NCBI GenBank assembly: GCA_050949315.1
Contig: JBMNFL010000001.1
Span: forward strand, 224,001 to 288,000
Length of the DNA stretch: 64,000 nucleotides
Origin: Bacilli bacterium
GTDB lineage: Bacteria > Bacillota_I > Bacilli_A > RFN20 > UBA1709
Direction of reading: 5' to 3'
In this document: positions 57,281 to 64,000 of the stretch, one piece after another
Numbering within the stretch: position 1 is the first letter of the stretch
How the letters are laid out: each line of letters opens with the position of its first letter
Program-made: the position numbers and the translations under genes
Notes under the pieces: model-generated
Databases searched by the model: none
What the model saw: the letters and a program-made list of their open reading frames with translations, nothing else
What the model was told of the DNA's origin: nothing

Positions 57281-57528
57281 ATCTCTACCTCCAACACTCA
57301 AATTATAACATATATTGCTTACGGCAACATTGGGTTTTTGTAAAAAATCTTTCTTAATTTAAAAATTTTTAGAGCCTTTTTTTCTTCACTTATGATGATT
57401 GTTAAGGCATATATTGATTTATTACTTATATAAGGGCTTATTTAGATAATATTGCTCAACTTTGACAGCCCATTAATTTTTCTACTGAACAAGTATTCAC
57501 TTTTTTTCAACAAAAGGCTGTTTTGGGC

Positions 57529-57557
57529 TTGCATTTATGATTTTAAGATACTATAAT
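57529..57557 (+). promoter_or_regulatory. Sigma-A-like promoter of ferredoxin gene
   Basis: TTGCAT-17 bp-TATAAT. Confidence 0.55.
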
Positions 57558-57592
57558 TGCATTTGAATTTATAAATATAGGAGGATGAGATA

Positions 57593-57787
57593 ATGGCAAA
57601 AGTTGTTGTTAAAAAGGATTCTTGCATCGGTTGTGGCGTCTGCGCTGCCGTTTGTGCTTCTGTTTTTACTATGGCCGACGATGGCTTAGCCGAAAATGTC
57701 TTGGGCGAAGATGTGCCTGAGGATTTGATGGAAGAAGTCAAAGAAGCTGTTGAAGCTTGTCCAGTTCAAGCAATTGAAATTGAATAA
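57593..57787 (+). CDS. Monocluster 4Fe-4S ferredoxin
   Basis: CIGCGVC...CPVQAI; AGGAGG RBS. Confidence 0.95.
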   Translation: MAKVVVKKDSCIGCGVCAAVCASVFTMADDGLAENVLGEDVPEDLMEEVKEAVEACPVQAIEIE

Positions 57788-57821
57788 TTAAATAATTAAA
57801 TCGTCTTGAAGAGAATAGGGG

Positions 57822-58580
57822 CTAGGAAGCCTCTTTCTTTTTGTCAAAAAAAGTTAAAATTCGGCGAATTAAATAGAAAACGATAAAAATTATGGTGTAT
57901 TTTAAAATATTAAAAGGTAATAAAGGAAGGATATAGGTGATTAGGTAATCATCAAGACTAACCCCCATATCTAAAACCGTTTGATAGGTGGCAAGTTTAC
58001 CTAAAAAATTGGAAGGGGTAATGAAAATAAAGTTTAAAATCGTCATTAGGACGGTAACAATATAGATAACAATAACGCTTTCTACTAAAAAATCCTTGAT
58101 CTCGCTTTGGCCAAATTTAGGAATTAAATTAATGATGAGAATAAAAATTAATATACCTAAAATTAAGAAAAAAGCATAAAGCCACCAACTGGGCCTAAGA
58201 ATAAAAACCGTTATCATTAAAGCGATAGAAAGACCATAAACTGGTAGGTAAACGGCTAGCAAACTTTTGGGACCTTTTTTAAAGTGCCTTAAATAGATAA
58301 AACTTAAACCACATATGATAGAAGCTAATACGGCCGCCACTTCTCCAATTATCAAGGTGCCCTTAAGAGCAAAGCGCAAAACCGAGCGTAGAATTACAAT
58401 GATTATTAAGCCCCCACTACCCAGAGAATAAGCCCCAATTAAGATAGGGATTTCACTGAAATCAATACTTAAATAGGCTTGAAAAGGTGTGGGGATTTCA
58501 ACTAAAGATAGAATAAAGGCCAAGGCTGACAAAATGGCACACCAACTGAGTTTATGAGTGTCTTTCAGAAACTTAAACAC
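57822..58580 (-). CDS. ribU: ECF transporter S component, riboflavin (RibU-like)
   Basis: LS.DFSEIP.LIG, IGE.A, PFNILK motifs; downstream of FMN riboswitch; GTG at 58580 with AGGA RBS. Confidence 0.85.
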   Translation of the reverse strand: MFKFLKDTHKLSWCAILSALAFILSLVEIPTPFQAYLSIDFSEIPILIGAYSLGSGGLIIIVILRSVLRFALKGTLIIGEVAAVLASIICGLSFIYLRHFKKGPKSLLAVYLPVYGLSIALMITVFILRPSWWLYAFFLILGILIFILIINLIPKFGQSEIKDFLVESVIVIYIVTVLMTILNFIFITPSNFLGKLATYQTVLDMGVSLDDYLITYILPLLPFNILKYTIIFIVFYLIRRILTFFDKKKEAS

Positions 58581-58596
58581 ACTATCACATCCTAAG

Positions 58597-58620
58597 AAAA
58601 AATCCCCTTCCGGGGACAAC
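58597..58620 (-). terminator. Terminator of the FMN riboswitch expression platform
   Basis: Minus strand TCCCC-ggaa-GGGGA followed by TTTTTT. Confidence 0.65.
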
Positions 58621-58629
58621 AAAAGAAAA

Positions 58630-58735
58630 AGCTTCTTTCATCCAGACTTTACTGTTGCCATTGGAATTTCACCAATTCTGCTTGCGCTCGCGGGGTTTAC
58701 CGCCAGTAGGGAATTTCACCCATCCCTGAAGACAT
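58630..58735 (-). ncRNA. FMN riboswitch (RFN element)
   Basis: Minus strand TCTTCAGGGATGGGTGAAATTCCCTACTGGCGGTAAACCCCGCGAGC...GGTGAAATTCCA..CAACAGTAAAGTCTGGATGAAAGAAG. Confidence 0.96.
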
Positions 58736-58832
58736 TTCCATTATATAAAAAAAGACACTTCATTTCAACAGAAATATTGAAATATGCCATAAAATTAGGG
58801 TATAATAACTAGCAGGAAAGTAAAGGACGTGA

Positions 58833-59462
58833 GTGGTGCTTATGTTTATTACCTTGGAAGGACCGGAGGGCAGTGGTAAAACCACCATTGCCAAAAGAAT
58901 AATTGAAGTCTTAGAAAAACAGGACTATCCTGTTATCTATACGCGTGAGCCGGGTGGTAGTGTTATTGCTGAACAAATTCGTAAGATTATTCTACGAAAG
59001 AAGAATGTGGCCATGGATCCTTTGACTGAGGCCTTGCTTTTCGCTGCCAGTCGACGTCAGCATCTAGTAGAAAAGATATTACCAGCTCTAAAGCGGGGAA
59101 AAATTGTTATCTGTGATCGTTTTATCGATTCTTCATTGGCCTACCAAGGTTATGCTCGAGCGATTGGTATTGATAAAGTCATGGATATAAATCTCTTTGC
59201 TACCGAAGGAAAACTTCCTGATTTAACCATCTATTTTGATATTTCTTCGCAAGATGGTCTAGCCCGCATTGATGGCGACAGCAAACGCGAGATCAATCGT
59301 TTGGACCTTGAACGCCTAGACTTTCATAACAAGGTCCGTGAAGGCTATTTAGAACTGCTAAGACGTTATCCTAAACGCATCGTAAAAGTTGATGCCGCCC
59401 AGAGCATAGAAAAAGTAACCGAAGCTGTCCTTAATATAATTATAGAAAGAATAAAACGATGA
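58833..59462 (+). CDS. tmk: Thymidylate kinase
   Basis: FITLEGPEGSGKTT, TREPGG, CDRFIDSSLAYQG. Confidence 0.98.
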   Translation: MVLMFITLEGPEGSGKTTIAKRIIEVLEKQDYPVIYTREPGGSVIAEQIRKIILRKKNVAMDPLTEALLFAASRRQHLVEKILPALKRGKIVICDRFIDSSLAYQGYARAIGIDKVMDINLFATEGKLPDLTIYFDISSQDGLARIDGDSKREINRLDLERLDFHNKVREGYLELLRRYPKRIVKVDAAQSIEKVTEAVLNIIIERIKR

Positions 59463-60439
59463 AAATTGAGGAATTATTACAAAAAACCCAAACTATTGCC
59501 TACCAAACCATCAAAAATGGTTTTTTAAAAGACCAGATCAGTCATGCTTATTTATTTAGTGGTGCGAAAGGAACACCCTTAAAAGAAACCGCGCTTTTTT
59601 TAGCCCAAAGTCTTATCTGTGAAAAGCCCACTCCCTTAGCCTGCGATGAATGCCTAAGTTGCATTCGCTTAAAAAATGGCAGTTATGTTGACTTTCAATT
59701 CATCAACCAAGAAGAGGGTAACATCACTAAAGACATGATCGAAGGCTTACAAGCCGATTTTGCTCTCACTGCCTTAGAAGAAAAAGGCCGCAAAATTTAC
59801 ATTATTCATTTAATTGAAAAGGCTAATCCCACCGCGGTTAATCGCCTTTTAAAGTTTTTAGAAGAGCCGGCTGAAGATGTTTTTGCCATTCTAACCACTG
59901 AAAATATCACTAAAGTCTTACCGACCATTATTTCTCGCTGTCAAATTATTCGTCTCAAAGGGCGCGATAAAAAACAATTAGTCAAGGAACTTTTAAGTTT
60001 AAATTTAGAGCAGAGTGATGCCTATATTTTGGCTTCTTTTAATAACTCCAAAGAAGAAGTTGAAGAATTATTAAAGGAAACCAACTATAATGAGATTAAG
60101 GATTTAGCCTGGGCGACTTTTAAAACCCTTTTTACTGAACCTTTGAGCATTCATTACTATGTTCAGCAAGAAATAGTTCCTTCTTTAAGAGCTAGAGAAG
60201 ATTATGCCCTTTATCTAAATATCCTAGAAATTTACCTAAAAGAACTACTATTCGGACGTTTAAAAGAGTTTTTAGGCTTAGATTTTACAATGAATCCCCT
60301 GGCCGAGAAAATTATTAAAGTTGATGAGGCGGTAAAACAGGTGATGTTAGCCAGTGGTAAGTTAACCTATAATGTCAATCCGCCCTTATTATTAGATGAA
60401 TTATTCTACCAAATCGCTTTGAAAGGAGGCTTAATCTAA
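59459..60439 (+). CDS. holB: DNA polymerase III delta' subunit
   Basis: HAYLF, C..C..C..C Zn motif, NRLLKFLEEP, LPTIISRC; tmk-holB-ricT synteny. Confidence 0.93.
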   Translation: MKIEELLQKTQTIAYQTIKNGFLKDQISHAYLFSGAKGTPLKETALFLAQSLICEKPTPLACDECLSCIRLKNGSYVDFQFINQEEGNITKDMIEGLQADFALTALEEKGRKIYIIHLIEKANPTAVNRLLKFLEEPAEDVFAILTTENITKVLPTIISRCQIIRLKGRDKKQLVKELLSLNLEQSDAYILASFNNSKEEVEELLKETNYNEIKDLAWATFKTLFTEPLSIHYYVQQEIVPSLRAREDYALYLNILEIYLKELLFGRLKEFLGLDFTMNPLAEKIIKVDEAVKQVMLASGKLTYNVNPPLLLDELFYQIALKGGLI

Positions 60440-61326
60440 TGGATAACAACAAGAAAATTGAAAATAACAGCATCAATAACAACCCTGAAGGTGAAATTTA
60501 TGATAGTGGCTTCTACGTCAGTGTTAGGTTTCCTAATAGCCGTCCTTATTATTTTCATACCTATGACGACAGTTTAGAAATAGATACCAAAGTGGTGGTG
60601 GAGACCATTCGTGGGGTAGAACTAGGGACAATTATCTCGCCTATTAAAGAAATCGCAAGTTTAAAAAGTGAGACCCCCTTAAAACCCATTCTTCGTCGCG
60701 CTAGTTTACAGGACTTAGAGCAGGCTGAAGAGAATATTGAATTGGCTAAAAGCGCTTATGTGGTCTGTGAAAACGCCATTGAAAAGTTAGGATTAGAGAT
60801 GAAATTACTCCATGCGGAATATACCCTTGATCGCAATAAGGTAATTTTCCTTTATGTGGCTGATAACCGCGTGGATTTCCGCGAACTTTTAAAGGATTTA
60901 GCTGCGGCCTTACGTTGCCGAATTGAATTGCGCCAGATTGGTAGTCGTGATCGCTCACGTCTTATTGGTGGCCTTGGTCCCTGCGGCCTTCCTTTGTGCT
61001 GCAATACTTTTTTAGGTGAGTTTGATGGCATCAGTATCAATATGGCCAAAAATCAATTCCTAGCCCTCAATATTCAAAAGCTCTCTGGCCACTGCGGGAA
61101 ACTCATCTGCTGCCTTAAATATGAAGATGATCAATATAGCGAATTAAGAAAAGGTTTACCTAAAATCGGTTTTAAAATCAAATACGAAGATGAAATCTAT
61201 AAAATCACCAGCATCAATGTCTTAACGGGTGATGTCCGTTTAGAAAATGCCGAAAGCAGTCAAAGCGTCTCTTTAGATGAAGTCTTAAAAATCATTGATA
61301 AAACGAGGGGAAATAATGATGAATAA
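60439..61326 (+). CDS. ricT: RicT/YaaT (PSP1 domain) protein
   Basis: RVDFRELLKDLA, RIELRQIG.RD, GPCG..LCC, SG.CGKL.CCL.YE. Confidence 0.95.
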   Translation: MDNNKKIENNSINNNPEGEIYDSGFYVSVRFPNSRPYYFHTYDDSLEIDTKVVVETIRGVELGTIISPIKEIASLKSETPLKPILRRASLQDLEQAEENIELAKSAYVVCENAIEKLGLEMKLLHAEYTLDRNKVIFLYVADNRVDFRELLKDLAAALRCRIELRQIGSRDRSRLIGGLGPCGLPLCCNTFLGEFDGISINMAKNQFLALNIQKLSGHCGKLICCLKYEDDQYSELRKGLPKIGFKIKYEDEIYKITSINVLTGDVRLENAESSQSVSLDEVLKIIDKTRGNNDE

Positions 61327-62146
61327 GCCTAGTTTATATCTAGTAGCCACTCCCATTGGTAATCTAAAAGAAATGAGTCCGCGGGCGCTTGAAGTTTTAA
61401 ATAGTGTCGCCTTTATCGCCTGTGAAGACACTCGTGTTACCAGAAAACTCTGCCAGCATTTTGCTATTAAAACACTACTTATTTCCTGTCATGAACACAA
61501 TGAGAATAAGGCGGTGGAGAAGATTATCAAAGCCCTTAAAGATGGTTATAGCGTCGCCTTGACTAGTGATGCGGGTTTTCCTGCTATCAGTGATCCCGGT
61601 GAGCTTGTTGTGGCCAAGGTTTTAGAACAGGGCTTTAAAATTGAAGTCATCTCCGGTCCCTGTGCCCTTATCAATGCCTTAGTAGCCTCAGGTCTTAGCA
61701 CCAAACACTTTTATTTTCATGGTTTTTTAGCCCATAAAGTTTCGGAAAGACGGAAGGAACTTGAAAGTTTAGCCGAGCGGGAAGAGACTTTAATTTTTTA
61801 TGAAGCCCCTCATCGCATCAGTGAGACAATTGAACTTCTAATTCAAACCTTCGGTCCGCGGAAGGCTTGTTTAGCCCGAGAATTAACCAAAAAGTTTGAG
61901 GAATTTCTCAGAGGTAGTTTAGAAGAATTGCGCAACATTTTAATCACCCGCGAGTTAAAGGGGGAAATGGTTTTAGTGGTTGAGGGCTATAAAAAGCCGG
62001 AAAGACCAACTTTAAGCCGCTTTGAGGTGGTGGATGAGGTCACAAAACTTGTCAATCAAGGTCTTAGTGTTCGCGATGCCATCCGCCAAATTTCTAAAAC
62101 CTATAAATTGAGTAAAAATGAGGTTTATCAGTTATTTCACCAATAA
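61316..62146 (+). CDS. rsmI: 16S rRNA C1402 2'-O-methyltransferase RsmI
   Basis: LYLVATPIGNL, CEDTR, SDAG.PAISDPG, YEAPHR, RELTK. Confidence 0.97.
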   Translation: MMNKPSLYLVATPIGNLKEMSPRALEVLNSVAFIACEDTRVTRKLCQHFAIKTLLISCHEHNENKAVEKIIKALKDGYSVALTSDAGFPAISDPGELVVAKVLEQGFKIEVISGPCALINALVASGLSTKHFYFHGFLAHKVSERRKELESLAEREETLIFYEAPHRISETIELLIQTFGPRKACLARELTKKFEEFLRGSLEELRNILITRELKGEMVLVVEGYKKPERPTLSRFEVVDEVTKLVNQGLSVRDAIRQISKTYKLSKNEVYQLFHQ

Positions 62147-62236
62147 AAGAAACATTTCTTTTAACTGCTTTAAATTTTATGATATAGTATTAAAGAATTG
62201 TTTTTACAAATAATGGTCAGTTGAGGAGGAAACAAT

Positions 62237-64000
62237 ATGCAAAACTATGAGCCCAAGCTCTTAAAAAGTATCGCTTTATTCGGTCACCAAGCCAGTGGTA
62301 AAAGTTCGTTAATGGAGGCTTTGCTCTTTCGCAGTGGTCATTTAAGCAAGAAGGGTAGTGTCGACGATGGCAATTCCGTCAGTGATGCTAGTAAAGAGGA
62401 AAAGAATGCTAAATTCTCGATTTACTCTAGTTTAATACCCATTGAGTATCAAAAGGCGAAATATAATTTTATTGATACCCCGGGCTTCTTTGACTTTGAG
62501 ATGGAAACCCATGGGGCTTTAAGAGTCGTGCGCAATGCCATCATCGTGCTTGATGGCGTTAAAGGTGTAGAAGTCGGTTCCCGTAAAGCCTGGCGCCAAG
62601 TACGGAAAAACTCTCTTCCTACGGTGGTCTTTGTCAACAAAATGGATAAAGAGAATATTAAATTAGAAGAAATTTTGGATGATTTAAGAAAGCATTTTGA
62701 AAAGAAAGCCATTCCTTTCACTTGGCCTATTGGTACCGCTAGCGAGCATAGGGGTTATCTCCATATCGTGGACATGACCGCCAGTGTTGATAATAAGGTT
62801 GTAGAAATCCCCGCTGAATACCAAGATTTAGCTAAAGAACTACATAATCAAATCATTGAGGCCGCGGCCAATCATGATGATGACATTATGGAAAAATATT
62901 TCAGTGAAGAAGAAATCGGTTTAGAAGAGTTAAAAGCCGCTCTTAAAAAAGCTGTCAATGCGGGGACCCTAGTACCCACCATCTTTGGCAGTGCTCATAA
63001 GAATAGCGGGGTTAAGGCCTTATTAGATATCTGTGCCGAATACTTAAGTGCTGAGGACTTAGAAAGGCTACCTTTTGATGAGAATAATGAGGCCCCAAGC
63101 CTTAAGGAAATTATCGATCCTAGCGCTAGTTTTTCCGCTTTTGTTTGGAAAACTTCAGTTGATCCTTTTGTTGGTAAAATCTCCTATATTAAAGTCTTGA
63201 GTGGTAGTCTTAAGAAAGACGATACCATCTTAAATGTCAGTAAGGATAGCAAAGAGCGTATCAATAATATCTCTTTCATTCGGGGTAAGGAATTCATTGA
63301 AACATCCTCGATTAGTGCTGGTGATTTTGGGGTTATCACTAAGGTTGCTTCCTTAGAAACCGGTGATAGCTTAAGCGATGTTGCTAATCCTGTTCAATTA
63401 GAGGGCATCGAGGCTTTAGAGCCAACTATTTACTATGCTTTAACGGTTAAAAACAAAAATGATGAAGGCAAAATCACCGATGCCTTGCGGAAAATTTGTT
63501 CTGAAGACCTTTCAATTAGATCTGAACGCAATGCCGAGACCAAACAACTGCTAGTCGGCTGCCAAGGTCAGGCACAGATGGATATTGTCGTTGAAAAACT
63601 TAAGAATATCTACAATATTGAGGTGCTCTTAAGTGCTGCGAAGATTTCTTATCGCGAGACCATCAAAGGCAAGTCCGATGTTGAGGGTCGTTATATCAAA
63701 CAATCGGGCGGGTCCGGTCAATATGGGGTAGTCAAAATCGAATTTGAACACTCTGATGAAAAAGACTTTGAATTTGTTAACGATATTTTCGGGGGCGCCG
63801 TCCCTAGTAACTACGTGCCGGCTGTTGAAAAGGGTTTAGAAGAAGCCATGAAGACCGGTGTTTTAGCCGGCTATCCAGTTATCGGTTTAAAGGCGCGCCT
63901 ATATGATGGTAAGTACCATCCCGTTGACTCTTCAGAATTGGCTTTTAAAATGGCCGCTTCCTTAGCTTTTAAGGATGGCTGTTCTAAGGCAAAACCCACC
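62237..64000 (+). CDS. Elongation factor G paralog (EF-G2/FusA2-like), 3' end outside window
   Basis: GHQASGKSS, DTPGFFDF, NKMD, KQSGGSGQYG, GGAVP, GYPV, YHPVDSSE; AGGAGG RBS. Confidence 0.93.
   Translation, partial: MQNYEPKLLKSIALFGHQASGKSSLMEALLFRSGHLSKKGSVDDGNSVSDASKEEKNAKFSIYSSLIPIEYQKAKYNFIDTPGFFDFEMETHGALRVVRNAIIVLDGVKGVEVGSRKAWRQVRKNSLPTVVFVNKMDKENIKLEEILDDLRKHFEKKAIPFTWPIGTASEHRGYLHIVDMTASVDNKVVEIPAEYQDLAKELHNQIIEAAANHDDDIMEKYFSEEEIGLEELKAALKKAVNAGTLVPTIFGSAHKNSGVKALLDICAEYLSAEDLERLPFDENNEAPSLKEIIDPSASFSAFVWKTSVDPFVGKISYIKVLSGSLKKDDTILNVSKDSKERINNISFIRGKEFIETSSISAGDFGVITKVASLETGDSLSDVANPVQLEGIEALEPTIYYALTVKNKNDEGKITDALRKICSEDLSIRSERNAETKQLLVGCQGQAQMDIVVEKLKNIYNIEVLLSAAKISYRETIKGKSDVEGRYIKQSGGSGQYGVVKIEFEHSDEKDFEFVNDIFGGAVPSNYVPAVEKGLEEAMKTGVLAGYPVIGLKARLYDGKYHPVDSSELAFKMAASLAFKDGCSKAKPT

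Noticed and set aside
58558-58812. 84-aa plus-strand ORF
   Set aside because: Antisense to the FMN riboswitch and ribU start; no RBS or protein features
59549-59600. Broken Walker A motif in holB
   Set aside because: Delta' subunits are normally ATPase-inactive, so this is expected
81-62721. Many short antisense or nested ORFs in the ORF track (e.g. 2336-2686, 17742-18131, 21742-22116, 53544-53951, 62449-62721)
   Set aside because: All lie within well-supported genes on the opposite strand or frame and show no motifs or RBS

Overview
Low-GC Bacillota (Bacilli) chromosomal segment using genetic code 11 (TGA is a stop). The gene order looks like a reduced, probably wall-less lineage (Mollicutes-like or uncultured Bacilli): rsmH-ftsA-ftsZ-sepF with no mur/pbp/ftsL genes between them, radC without mreBCD, tig-lon without clpX. 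Most of the window is housekeeping: ileS, lspA, rluD, rnhC, mutS2, uvrC, tig, lon, engB, valS, rplU-prp-rpmA, obgE, nadE, ruvAB, secDF, rel, hisS, aspS, rimO, typA, der, cmk, tmk, holB, ricT, rsmI and an EF-G paralog. Non-coding features are two tRNAs (Arg-TCT, Thr-GGT), two T-boxes, an FMN riboswitch and an L21 leader. The accessory part is an islet after tRNA-Arg carrying a DCTPP1/MazG-like pyrophosphatase, a PD-(D/E)xK nuclease-DUF2075 helicase and an HTH gene (best candidate for an undescribed defence system), followed by a Bro-N-Fic fusion, an IS481 copy and a 5'-deleted BspA-type LRR gene. A second, apparently identical IS481 copy has a 25-bp target duplication. Other oddities: a double-glycine-leader peptide coupled to radC and bracketed by a repeated motif; obgE and a second Fic gene apparently starting at ACG and ATA; a SecDF lacking its proton-relay residues; HisRS with a 5 x 11-aa Cys/His tail; and a P-type ATPase with PSGL instead of PEGL. 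All calls are from manual motif recognition; no searches were run.
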